Assembly: GCF_009914755.1 (NCBI RefSeq)
Contig: NC_060943.1
Origin: the human T2T-CHM13v2.0 reference genome, Homo sapiens
Reading direction: 5' to 3' (one strand)
Length of the DNA: 64,000 nucleotides
Both the position numbers and the translations under genes were made by a program. A model generated the notes under the pieces. It saw nothing but the letters and a program-made list of their open reading frames with translations, ran no database searches and was not told where the DNA came from. Positions 32,202 through 52,297 of this stretch are shown piece by piece (the first letter of the stretch is position 1; each line of letters begins with the position of its first letter).

Positions 32202-32740
32202 TTAGGAGGCTGAGATGGGATGATGGTTCAGGTCCAAAAGTTTGAGACTAGCCTGGGCAACGTAGCAAGACCCCGTCTCTATAAAAAATAAAACATCTGC
32301 CTGTAATCCCAGTACTTTGGGAGGCCGAGGCAGGCGTATCACTTGAGGCCAGGAGTTTGAGACCAACCTGGGCAACGTAGCAAGACTTTGTCTCTATAAA
32401 AAATTTAAAATCAGCTGGACGTGGTGGCTCATGTCTGTAATCCCACCATGTTGGGAGGCCGAGGCAGGTGGATCACCTGAGGTCGCGAGTTCAAGACCAA
32501 TGTGGCCAACATAGCGAAACACAGTCTCTACTAAAAATACAAAAATCAGCTGGGTGTGGTGCTGCACGCCTCTAATCCCAGCTACTTGGAGGCTGAGGCA
32601 GAAGACAGTGACCCCAGGAGGCAGAGGTGGCAGTGAGCCAAGATGGCACCATTGTACTCCAGCCTGGGTGATGGAGTGAGACTCCATCTCAAAAAAAAAA
32701 AAAATTAAAATCAGCCAGGCATGGTGCCTCACGCCTGTAA

Positions 32741-33089
<349 letters not shown>

Positions 33090-33163
33090 TGAGCCACTGC
33101 GCCCGGCCGAGGTCAGGAGTTTGAGACCAGCCTGACCAACATAGTGAAACCCTGTCTCTACTA

Positions 33164-33355
<192 letters not shown>

Positions 33356-33581
33356 TCACACCTGTAATCCCAGCACTTTGGGGGGCCAAGGCAGATGGAT
33401 CACCTAAGCTCAGGAGTTTGAGACCAGCCTGGCCAACATGGTGAAATCCCATCTCTACTAAAAATACAAAAAAATTAGCCGGGCATGGTGGTGGGCACCT
33501 GTAAATCCTAGCTACTCAGGAGACTGAGGCATGAGAATCGCTTGAATCCGGGAGGTTGGAGGTTGTGGTGAGCTGAGATCA

Positions 33582-34046
<465 letters not shown>

Positions 34047-34431
34047 TCAGGAGGCTTGGGCAGGATAATCACTTGAATCTGGGTGGCAGAGCTGAGATCG
34101 CGCCGCTGCACTCCAGCCTGGGTGACAGAGCGAGACTCCGTCTCAAAAAACAAAAAAAAAAATTGCTAGGCATAGTGGTGTGTGCCTATAGTCCCAGCTA
34201 CTCAGGAGTCTGAGGTGGAAGGATTGCTTCAGCCTGGGAGGTCGAGGCTGCAGTGAGCCACGATTGCAGCTCTGCAATCCAGTCTGAGCAACAGAGTGAG
34301 AACCGGTCTCTAAAAATAATAATAAAAATAAAAAAGAAAATGGACAACTTTCTTTTGAACACAGCTTCTAGAACCCAGCACCTGAGGAAATATACGCAGG
34401 CAGAAATCCTCCCAGTGGCCACCTCACATCC

Positions 34432-35340
34432 TGTCTCCTCCTATTCCGGCTGCTTTGACAAATTACCATAGACTGAGGGGCTTACAAACAACAAATACTT
34501 ATTTCTTACTGATCTAGAGGCTGGGAAATTCAAAATCAAGGTGCCAGCAGATTCGGAGTCTGGCGAGGGCCTGCTTCCTGGTTTGCTTCCCGCTCTCTAG
34601 CTCCACCCTCATGACATAATCATCTCCCAGAGGCCCCACCTCCAAAATACAATCACAGGCTGGGTGCAGTGGCTCACGACTGTAATCCCAAAACTTTGGG
34701 AGGCCAAGACAGGAGAATCACTTGAGCTCAGGAGTTCAAGAGCAGCCTGGGCAACATGGTGACACCCTGTCTGTACAAAAAATACAAAAAAATTAGCCGG
34801 GCATGGTGGTGCGCACCCATAGTCCCATCTACTGGGGAAGCTGAGGCAGAGGATCACTTGAGCCCAGGAGTTCAAGGCTGGAGTGAGCCATGATCCCACC
34901 ACGGCATTCCAGCCTGAGCGACAGATCAAGACCCTGTCTGAAAAATAAATAAAAAACAGAGGACCGAGCGCAATGGCTCACGCCTGTAATCCCAGCACTT
35001 TGGGAGGCCAAGGTGGGCAGATCATGACGTCAGGAGATGGAGACCATCCTGGCTAACACAGTGAAACTCCGTCTCTACTAAAAATACAAAAAATTAGCCG
35101 GCCCTCGTGGCGGCAGAGCTTGCAGTGAGCCGAGATCATGCCACTGCACTCCAGCCTGGGTGACAGAGTGAGACTCAGTTAAAAAAAAAAAAAAGAAAAA
35201 ACAGGCCAGGCGCGGTGGCTCACACCTGAGCTGAGATCGTGCTGTTGCACTCCAGCCTGGGTGACAACAGCGAGACTCCGTCTCAAAAAAAAAAAAAAAA
35301 ATACAATCACATTTCAACATAAGAATATTGAAAGAGGAGG
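34432..35340. mobile_element. MLT1-like (ERVL-MaLR) solo LTR split by Alus (34432-34657, resuming at ~35300)
   Basis: MLT-typical AGGCTGGGAAATTCAAAATCAAGGTGCCAGCAGATTCGG...GAGGGCCTGCTTCCTGG and GGCCCCACCTCCAAAATACAATCAC. Confidence 0.75.
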
Positions 35341-35519
35341 GACACGGTGGCTCATGCCTGAATCCCAGCACTTTGGGAAGCCAAGGCGGGAAGACTACTT
35401 GAGGTCAGGAGTTCAAGACCAGCCTAGCCAACATGGTAAAACTCCATCTCTACTAAAAATACAAAAATTAGCCAGGTGTGGTGACAGGAGCCTGTAATCC
35501 CAGCACTTTGGGATGCCTA

Positions 35520-35821
<302 letters not shown>

Positions 35822-35887
35822 TTACAATGAAATTGGCTGGGAAAGGAAAGGAAAAGGTTAATTTCCACATGAATTTTATTTTCTTAG

Positions 35888-36234
<347 letters not shown>

Positions 36235-36749
36235 TGAACGTCGTCTCTAACCACAGTTCCTTACACTCAGTGTTTCTGCAGCGCAGGGTTCAGGCTCCAT
36301 CTGCAGTTAGGCACACTCTGTCCAGAGTGAGTCTCTGTGTGGCCTTGGCGCTGTCCTGCTATTCCAGGGTTCTGAGCACAAATCCTCCCCTAAAGGGTTA
36401 AGCACAAACTGTTCAGAAGTCCTGTCGTGAACCGGAAGTGTATCTCCCACTCTGTCTTCATCTGCAAGTGTCCTCAGTTGCTACTGGCGGCCCCTGGCCT
36501 GCTCTGGCCTTGGCCACCAGGGGGCATGGTGGCCCAGGAGCAGCAAGGGCTGCCCAGGCAATGTCCCCACCAGGTAGGACAGGTGGGAACCTACAATCCA
36601 GCTAGAAAGACTGGGCTGGATGTTGCCAGACCCCAGTCTGGCCAGGCTTTGCTCATCTGCAGGGATGTGGGGTGACCTTCACACCACTCCTGTAACTGTT
36701 TTAGAAGACAATGGCCAGGGTTCTCCGGGTGTCAGGGTGACACCATTCC

Positions 36750-36900
36750 CTCCTTTACTTGCCAAACATGTATTAAGCACCTACTGTGCGCTGGATGCTG
36801 GGAACACAGCAGAGACCACATCAGACAATGTCTGATGCCCTCAGAGGGTGGACATAGTTCCCCTGATGACGGGTTTCAGAAGGGAGGGAGTGTTGACCAT
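36750..36900. mobile_element. L2 3'-end relic
   Basis: AAACATGTATTAAGCACCTACTGTGCGCTGGATGCTGGGAACACAGCAG, typical of L2 tails. Confidence 0.6.
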
Positions 36901-37101
36901 CTGTGAGAAGGGAGTGTCGCACAGTAGGTGGGGGACAACCACAGGGGAGGAGGTGGGGGACGCTGTGACAAGACCAAAAGGAGGGCTGGGAGCGATGGTT
37001 CATGCCTATAATTCCAGCACTTTGGGAGGCCGAGGTGGGCAGATCACCTGATGTCAGGAGTTTGAGACCAGCCCGCCCAACATGGTGAAACCCTGTCTCT
37101 A

Positions 37102-37383
<282 letters not shown>

Positions 37384-38314
37384 CTACTGGCACAGTTGAG
37401 TGACTCGGGTGGGGACTGCAGGCTCTGGTCCTGGTCCCCTCCTGTCTGGCCACCCCTCAGGGGACACTGGGAGGGTATCGCGGCTACCAGGCTGCCTGTC
37501 GCATTTATGGAGGGCCAGTCCACCACCACCTTGTACTCAGCTGACATCTGGAAGCACATCCAGGAGGACACTGAAGGCTCAGAAAGTGCCTGGGCCCCTG
37601 TGTTCAGGTGTGAAATCAAATCTCTGAGGCCCCAGACCAGAGCCATCATCCTTCTGCCCCCACTGGACTGAGACTCACATGCCCAGAACTGCACTTGTGG
37701 ATGATGGTGGTACATCCAGGGCAGAATACACGGCAGACAGGTCAGCTGATGACAGTGTCTGCTGGCCAGGGTCAGTCCCTGACTCTCTTGTATAATGTGT
37801 AACCCAACAGCGCGTGCCCAGGGGGCTGGGGCACTCCAGACACCGGCCCAGGCCCTGGCTTGACTCAGGCCTGACCCTAAAGGAACCCGAGTAAGTGTCT
37901 CAGAGCCGGGTCCTGGATCCAAATGCCCCTAATACTTCACACACCGGCCACCATGCTGCTTCCTGAGCAACCTGCTCCCCAGGAAAAGTGACCTAATCAC
38001 TCCAGGCTGTTCTTCTCCGGAGCATCCTCTGGTACCCACCGAAGGAAGTGACCCCTGAGTCCTACTCAGCTCCTCCACTCACGGGATTTTTTTTTCTTGG
38101 CAACTAGTTCTCCCTATACCCAAAACCTATATGACAAGAGGATCCTTTTTATTAAAAAAATTTTTTTGCCAAGTGCGGCAAAAAATCCCAGCACAGGCCG
38201 GGCACGGTGGCTCACGCCTATAATCCCAGCACTTTAGGAGGCCGAGGCGGGTGGATCACGAGCTCAGAAGGTCGAGACCATCCTGGCTAACACGGTGACA
38301 CCCCATCTCTACTA

Positions 38315-38581
<267 letters not shown>

Positions 38582-38660
38582 CTACTAAAAATACAAAAAT
38601 TGGGCACGGTGGCTAACACCTATAATCCCAGCAATTTTCGAGGCCAAGGCGGGTGGATCA

Positions 38661-38846
<186 letters not shown>

Positions 38847-38907
38847 CTACAGCCTGGGCGAAGAGTGAGAATCTGTCTCAAAAAAAAAATTTTTTTCTCT
38901 TTGGTCA

Positions 38908-39322
<415 letters not shown>

Positions 39323-39380
39323 CTACTAAAAACACAAAAAATTAGCCAGGCGTAGTGGTGGGTGCCTATAATTCCAGCTA

Positions 39381-39524
<144 letters not shown>

Positions 39525-39707
39525 TCAATGGCTCATACCTGTAATCCCATCACTTTGGGAGGCCGAGGCAGGAGGATCACTTGAGCCCAGAAGTTTCAGA
39601 CCAGCCTGGCAACATGATGGGACCCTATCTCTACATAAAATTTAAAAATTCACCAGGTGCAATTAGGCCTGGTCCCCCTCCTCTCTGGCCACTCCAATCT
39701 AAAGTCA

Positions 39708-39899
<192 letters not shown>

Positions 39900-39902
39900 T
39901 CA

Positions 39903-40082
<180 letters not shown>

Positions 40083-40225
40083 CTATTTCTCAGGATGAAG
40101 TGCAGTGGCATGATGTAGCCAGGAACTGGAGCTTCAAACTCCCAGGCCCAAGCAATCCTCCCTCCTCAACCTCCCAAGTAGCTTGGACCATAGGCAGGTG
40201 CCATCACTCCCAGCTAATTTTTTAA

Positions 40226-40375
<150 letters not shown>

Positions 40376-40983
40376 TAGCTGGGACTATAGGCCCTCACCG
40401 CCGAGCCCGGCTAATTTTTTTTGTATTTTTAGTAGAGACGGGGTTTCACCATGTGGGCCAGGATGGTCTAGATAGAACTCTTGACCTCGTGATCTACCCG
40501 CCTCAGCCTCCCAAAGTGCTGGGATTACAGGTGTGAGCCACCACGCCCAGCCTTATTTTAATTTTTTATTGAGACAGGGTCTCACTATGTTACCCACGCT
40601 GGTCCTGAACTCCTGGCTTCAAGCAATCCTGCCTCAGCCTCCAAAAGTGCTGGGATTCCAGCCCTGAGCCACTGTTCCTCGCTGAAGGGGATTCTTTTTC
40701 AGGGCATTCTTTGTGACACACTCCTTCCCTGGGTGTGTCCTGGAATGTCCGCTGGCCACACCCAGGCCTGGTCTGGCTGTGGGGACACCCACATGCATTG
40801 TCAGCCGGGTACGAGACCGGGGTGGGCTTTGCACACAGATCCCACGACTGTATACACTCAGCCCCGTGACAGGAACTGTAGCCCATGGCCACAGCATCTC
40901 TTGCTAGAAACTTTTTCAAGAAACTTACCTCAGTACTCAAAGCCACTGCGGTCAGCAAGTGCTGAACATGCCCCAATCCCTAA

Positions 40984-41472
<489 letters not shown>

Positions 41473-41544
41473 TGACCAATACAACATGGGCATCTAACTA
41501 GAATTGGGGACACCCACACGGGTCATAATTTGGGGCCAAAGTAG

Positions 41545-41697
<153 letters not shown>

Positions 41698-42473
41698 TAA
41701 CTCTTTTTTTTTAGAGAAAGGGTTTTGCTCTGTCACCCAGGCTGGAGTGCAGTGGCACAATTGTAGCCTACTGCAGCCTCGGCTTCCTGGGCTCAAGGGA
41801 TCCTCCAGTCTCAGCCTCCAGAGTAGTTAGGACTGCAAATGCACACCACCACACTTAGACAGTTTTTAATTAATTAATTAATTAATTTTGAGACAGAGTC
41901 TCACTCTGTCACCCAGGCTGGAGTGTAGTGGTGTGATCTCTGCTCATTGCAACTCCCCATCCCAGATTCAAGTGATTCTCCTGCCTCAGCCTCCAGAGTA
42001 TCTGGGATTGCAGACACATGCCACCACGCCTGGCTAATTTTTGTATTAATATTTTTAGTAGAAATGGAGTTTTGCCATGTTGGTCAGGTTGGTCTTAAAC
42101 TCCTGTCCTCAAATGATCCATCTACCTTAGCCTCCCAAAGTGCTGGGATTACAGGGGTAAGCCACCATGTCCAGCCAATTTTTAAATTATTTTTTGTACA
42201 GATGGAGTCTTGCTTTGTTGCCCAGGCTGGTCTCAAACTCCTGGCCTCAAGCGATCCTCCTGCCTCAGCCTCCCAAATTGTTGGGGGGTTACAGGCATGA
42301 GCTACTGTGCCTGACCTGGAAGTGGATTTTGAAGTGGATTTTGCAGCCTGTTTGTGTCTCCCAAGCCACAAAAGACTCTGACCTTCGTGTTTGACCAGTT
42401 CCTTGGAAGGCACCAGTCTGTGTATTAAGTGGATTATCCAAACCCAGACTGACTCCTGGCACATGGAAGATGC

Positions 42474-42576
42474 TTTGGGATACACTTATACTAAAAGGGT
42501 ATTCATTCGTGACTGATCTGAAATCCAAATCTAATGGGGCATCCTATATTTTCACTTGCTAAATGTGGCCACCCTA
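42474..42576. mobile_element. MER53-like DNA transposon (MITE) half
   Basis: GGGATACACTTATACTAAAA...CTGAAATCCAAATCTAATGGGGCATCCTATATTTT...GCTAAATGTGGCCACCCTA resembles one arm of the palindromic MER53 consensus as recalled. Confidence 0.6.
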
Positions 42577-42874
42577 GATGCTCAATGACATCCTTGAATA
42601 AAGGAAGCTGATGAAGTTCAAACAAATAATTTTACCAGCGGGGTAAAAAAAGCTCAAAGCTCAGTGCACTTTGCGAAACAGTCATTTCCTCTTCCGGTCA
42701 GAATAAACTCCTGACTCCTCCCAGGCCCAAGTGATCAGCCACTCCCTCCTACCAGCTGGCTGGGCTGCTGTGCTCAGTCCCAACTCAGGAAGGACAAGAG
42801 TAGCTCCTGTGACCATAATGCCTGTCCACAAGCTGAGGCCCCACCCCACTCCGCCTCCTTTTCTTTTTCTTTGA

Positions 42875-43063
<189 letters not shown>

Positions 43064-43319
43064 TGAGGCTGGTCTCAAACTCCTGACCTCATGATCCACC
43101 TGCCTCGGCCTCCCAAAGTGCTGGGATTACAGGCGTGAGCCACCGTGCCTGGCCACCCCCTTGCTTTTTAGACACAAGGTCTTGCTCTGTCACCCAGGCT
43201 GGAGTGCAGTGGCATAATCTTGGCTCACTGCAGCCTTAAAACTCCTCAAGTGATCTTCTGTCTCAGCCTCCCAAGTAGTTAGGACTATGGGTGCGTGCCA
43301 CCAACGCGCCTGGCACTGA

Positions 43320-43566
<247 letters not shown>

Positions 43567-43758
43567 TAATCTGCCTGCCTCGGCCTCCCAAAGTGCTGGG
43601 ATTACAGGCGTGAGCCACCACTCCCGGCCTGAGACCTGGATCTTAAAAAGGGCTCAGCTGGGTGTAGTCACACACCTGTAGTTCCAGTGACTTGGGAGGC
43701 TGATATAGGAGGCTAGCTTGAAGCCCAGGAGTTCAAAGTGAGACTAGCAACATAATGA

Positions 43759-43983
<225 letters not shown>

Positions 43984-44246
43984 TAGCCAGGATGGTCTCA
44001 ATCTCCTGATCTCGTGATCTGCCCACCTCGACCTCCCAAAGTGCTGGGATTACAGGCGTGAGCCACCGTGCCTGGCCGAGACCTCATCTCTTTAAAAAAT
44101 AATAATAATAAAGTTGGCTGAGTGTGGTGGCTCACGCTTGTAATCCCAACATTTTGGGAAGCCGAGGTGAGAGGATTGCTTGGGCCCAGGAGTTCAAGGG
44201 CAGCCTGGCGAACATAATAAGACTCCCATCTCTACAAAAAAACTTA

Positions 44247-44495
<249 letters not shown>

Positions 44496-45051
44496 TTAGG
44501 CTCAGTTACACTCAGATGTAACTGTGTGTCTGGGATGCAAAAGAGCTCAGATCCTACAGAATCTCAAGGTGAATTCTTTTCCCTGAGTAGCATAAGGCAT
44601 CTTTTTCCCATCTAACACTGGGTTGGGCTCCTCCCTTCTGTATGCAAAGTGGCCACAAGTGCCCAAAATGAACTCCCTCCAGTTCAGAAATGCATTCCTT
44701 CCTGGTTAGGGAAGTCACTGTTTTGACTTAGAAGTCTTCTATACTTCAGGCGTCTAGTGTCTACCTAATACCTTTTGCCTCAGAAAAGGGTCTAATCCCA
44801 CTTAATTACAAGAAGATTTGCTGTTAGGTTTTTGACCTAGAGATCTAAAAAGGCCTGGCTGAAAGAGTTCCTGAGCTCCATCTGGACTTAATTCCAGATT
44901 TTCTAGCCAACCAACACTAATAAAGCTATACTCTGCTCCCCACCTCTGTATAATTCAGGTGCTACCTGACTTTCTCTGGTGAAGCAGCAGGAGTATTTAG
45001 GCCAACCTGTTGGTTTGGCTGTGTCTGTTTCTCTCTGGAAATAGACAATGA

Positions 45052-45187
<136 letters not shown>

Positions 45188-45233
45188 TAGCTGGGATTAC
45201 AGGTGCCTGCCACCGCTCCTGGCTAATTTTTGT

Positions 45234-45234
45234 T

Positions 45235-45277
<43 letters not shown>
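45234..45277. repeat. (TTTA)n microsatellite from an Alu tail
   Basis: Read directly. Confidence 0.95.
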
Positions 45278-45649
45278 CTGAGACGGAGTCTCGCTGTCTC
45301 CCAGGCTGGATGCAGTGGCTCAATCTTGGCTCACTGCAAGTTCCACCTTGCCAGGTTCACGCCATTCTCCTGCCTCAGCCTCCCAAGTAGCTGGGACTAC
45401 AGGCGCCCGTAATTTTTGTATTTTTAGTAGAGACAGGGTTTCGCCATGTTGGCAGGCTGGTCTAGAAATCCTGACCTCAGGTGATGCGCCTGCTTCGGCC
45501 TCCCAAAGTGGAGGGATTACAGGCGTGAGCCACTGCTCCCAGAGAGTATCTCATTCTTAACAGTTCTTTAACTGTTATCAAAATATTGGTCTCAAAGTAC
45601 TTTAAGGCACCGAAATGAGGCACACATAAACATATCATCAACACGCTGA

Positions 45650-45943
<294 letters not shown>

Positions 45944-46043
45944 TGATCCGCCCGCCTCAGCCTCCCACAGTGCTGGGATTACAGGCGTGAGCCACCGCTC
46001 CTGACCCAAGATTATTTTTTTAAACTGAAAAAATGTATAGTAA

Positions 46044-46628
<585 letters not shown>

Positions 46629-47648
46629 TGACCTAATGATCTGCCGGCCTCAGCCTCTCAAAGTGCTGGGGTTACAGGCGTAAGCCACCGCATCCTGCCT
46701 AGACACTGACTTTTTCAACACATTTTCCCTGGAAGAACCAAGACCAATTCTGATGGGCTTCCCAAAGGATGCAGGTTGTAATGGATTAACAGTTAACATA
46801 TGTGAACCTGAAAGTGCTTGGCAAATCCAAATAAATATGTTTTCTTTTTTGGGGTATGGGGGGACAGGGTCTCACTCTGGCCAGGCTGGAGTGTAGTGGC
46901 ACTATCATAGCTCACTGCAGCCTCAAATTCCTGGACTCACGTGATCTCCCTGCCTCAGCCTCCTGAATAGCTGAGACTACAGACATGCACCACCACGCCC
47001 AGCTAAATTTTTTATTTTTTGTGGAGACAAAGTCTCACCATGTTGCCCAGGCTGGTCTCGAACTCCCAGGCTCAAGCAATTTTAAAGTGCTAGGATTACA
47101 GGTGTGAGTAGCTGCACCCAGCCCCAAATGAATTATGCAGTCCAATAATCTTAGGGGGTAATGATGGAGGGCACCTTGCTTTGTGCACCTGAACCGCCAC
47201 TGTCATTGACACCAGAGTGCTTTAGCTCTTCTGCTTATTACCCTTCCCACTGGTATTAATTAGCCATCATTCCTCATTGCCAGTGGGCACTGCTTCCTTT
47301 GTCCAAGGGTACAGCATCAACAGGAGGTCTCACAGGCTAGCACCAGGGAACCCTCACTTTTCTAGCTACCACTGAGGCTCCGCCTCCCTTGTCTCTTGTG
47401 GAGTGGCCTGGCTCCGTTCCCATTTCCCTATTTGGATGTGAATGTCACTTAGCCAGTTTGCCCACATGATTTCCCAGAGCCAGGAAGGGAAACGCCTTGG
47501 TGCAGAGATGCAATCACGGCTACCACCAAGGAAAAGAAGGCACATCCTTGGCGATTCTGTCACGTGGTATCTCTTTCTTCTTTCTTTCTTTTTTTTTTTT
47601 GTTGTTGTTGTTCTTGTAGGTTGTTTGGTCTGTTTGGTTTGTTTTTGA

Positions 47649-47971
<323 letters not shown>

Positions 47972-48751
47972 TAGTTTTAGTAAAGACGGGGTTTCACTAT
48001 GTTAGCCAGGATGGTCTCGATCTCCTGACCTTGTGATCCGCCCGCCTCGGCCTCCCAAAGTGCTAGGATTATAGGCATGAGCCACCGCGCCCGGCAGATG
48101 CCTGGCTAATTTTTGTATTTTTAGTGGAGATGGGGTTTCATCATGTTGGCCAGGCTGGTCTTGAGCTCCTGACCTCAGGTGATCCATCTGCCTCGGCCTC
48201 TCAAAGTGCTGGGATTACAGGCATGAGGCCCTGCACCCGGCCACTTACAGCTGAATCCTAAACTTGTATTGTCTGAATCTAAAATTGGGCCCATGTGCAG
48301 GAATGGTGACATGAAGGGAGGCGAGGTCTAAGCCCTGTTGAGTCCTTGTGCAAAGCGGAACCATATTAAGAACCTAAAACTTAATATGTTAATATGAGTG
48401 CAGTGGCTCACGCCTGTAATCCCAGCACTTTGGAAGGCCAAGGCAGGCGGATCACGAGGTCACGAGTTCAAGACTAGCTTGGCCAACATTGGGAAACCCC
48501 GTCTCTACTAAAAATACAAAAATTAGGTTCATGCCTGTAATCCCAGCTACTAAGGAGGCTGAGGCAAGAGAATCGTTTTAACCTGGGAAGCAGAGGCTGC
48601 AGTGAGCCGAGAGCACATGATTGCACTCCAGCCTGGGTGATAGTGAGAGACTGCGACTCAAAAAAACAAAAAGGTCGGGCGTGGTGGCTCACACCTGTAA
48701 TCCCAGCACTTTGGGAGGCTGAGGCAGGCAGATCATGAGGTCAGGAGTTCA

Positions 48752-49149
<398 letters not shown>

Positions 49150-49407
49150 TCAGAACATCAGTCTCTAAGGATTGCACTGAGAATTGTGAGCTCAAAGTGT
49201 CCACAGTGCCTGGTACACAGTAGAACACAGAAAATTTCAGTTTCATTCCAGTCTCTGGGATTCTTTCTGAGAGCAGGAATTTAACCTTATTCATTTAAGT
49301 AATCCCTCAGTGCTCTGCACATGACTTTACTTTATAGTTGTTGAATTGAACCAGGATCAAAGAGCAGCTCATTGTCCAGCCTCTTCACTTCATACATGAG
49401 AAACTGA

Positions 49408-49668
<261 letters not shown>

Positions 49669-50087
49669 TAACCAGGACGGTCTCAATCTCCTAACCTCAT
49701 GATCCGCCTGCCTCGGGCTCCCAAAGTGCTGAGATTACAGGCGTGAGCCACCACATCCGGCCATCCCACTTGTATTTTATGGCTGGATCTTTTTTTTTCC
49801 TGAGATGGAGTTTCACTCTTGTTGCCCACGCTGGAGTGCAATGGCGCGATCTCGGCTCACTAAAACCTCCAGGGTAGCTGGGATTCCCAGCTTCCCGAGT
49901 AGGTGGGATTACAGGCACATGCCACCACGTTTGGCTAATTTTGTATTTTTAGCAGAGACAGGGTTTCTCCATGTTAGTCAACCTGGTCTTGAATTCCCAA
50001 CCTCAGGTGATCCGCCCGCCTCGGCTTCCTAAAGTGTTGGAATTACAGGCATGAGCCACCATGCCCAGCCTTTCTTTTTTTTCCTGA

Positions 50088-50192
<105 letters not shown>

Positions 50193-50211
50193 TGAGTAGC
50201 TGGGATTTTAG

Positions 50212-50304
<93 letters not shown>

Positions 50305-51056
50305 TGATCTACCCACCTCGGCCTCCCAAAGTGTCAGGATTACCGGTATGAGCCACCGTGCCTGGCCACTAATTTTATTTTATTTTTTTGTAGAGAGGGG
50401 GTCCCGGTATGTTGCCCAGGTGAGTCTCAAATTCCTGGGCTCAATTCTCCCACCCTGGCCTCCCAAAGTGGTACAATTGCAGGTATGAGCCCTGATTTCT
50501 TATATGGTAAAGACAGTAACTGGCCTCTCTAGGGACTGGCAGGTGTGGGTTCGACCCCAGCTCTGCCAACCACCAAAGTCCAAGTGTTTATTGTCCACCT
50601 GGACTGCCTCAGACACTTGCAGGATGTGGTAAGTACTATGACACAGGCGCACAGAAGGTGCTCTGGGAACAGCTTGTCTTCATGTTTACAATGGCTTCTT
50701 TCCCTAGCCAAGGACTCTATCAGCCTTGCCACTTGGGGACAGGTTGAGCTCGCTCAGGGAGTCAGGCCCCACAGGGCTCCCTGCCAACCTCCCATCATTG
50801 TGATTGAATTTATTCTTTATTTTTCTTCCAGGAACATCAGCGCACTTGTAACAATAATAATCATCTTTTCTACTGGGTATACTGTTTCATGGTTTACAAA
50901 GCACTTTCACATCCATTATCTCATTTAATCACTTCCTCCTCTACATTCCTACAACAGTTTCTTGGTACCTCTTCAGTATAATATTCTGCCTGGTATAACA
51001 AGCCTATTTCCCTTTACTGCATTTATTTTTACTCACAAGTTCCAGCATATAATTCA

Positions 51057-51589
<533 letters not shown>

Positions 51590-52123
51590 TCATTACTGCC
51601 ATCTTCACTCCTTTCATTCAATGGGATTGCCTACTAAGGACAAAGCTGGGTTCTTTGGAGGGGAAATGAGGCAAGAAGTTCAGAATCAAGTGAAGGGGGA
51701 AGACACAAGTGAAGGCCCTGATCCCTGGTAGGCCACAGTACATGCTTCATGCTTTAGCAGCGGTGCAAACACAGTTGGGGCTGGGCACGGTGACTCACAC
51801 CTGTAATTCTAGCGCATTGGAAGGTAATTCGGCCACACTGGGAGGCTGAGGCGGGAGAATTGCTTGATGCCAGGAGTTTGAGACCAGCCCAGGCAACAGA
51901 AGGAGACCTTCTGTTTTAAATTTTTTTTTTTTAATGTAAAAACTTAGGTTGCCAGGCGCGGCGGCTCACACCTGTAATCCTAGCACTTTGGGAAGCTGAG
52001 GGGGGCAGATCACGAGGTCAGGAGTCTGAGACCAGCCTGGCCAACATGGTGGAACCCCATCTCTACTAAAAATACAAAAATTACCCAGGCGTGGTGGCAC
52101 GCGCCTGTAATCCCAGCTACTCA

Positions 52124-52297
<174 letters not shown>

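Noticed and set aside
36432-36439. Isolated ETS motif CCGGAAGT in an intergenic unique island
   Set aside because: A single 8-mer is not enough to call an enhancer without chromatin data
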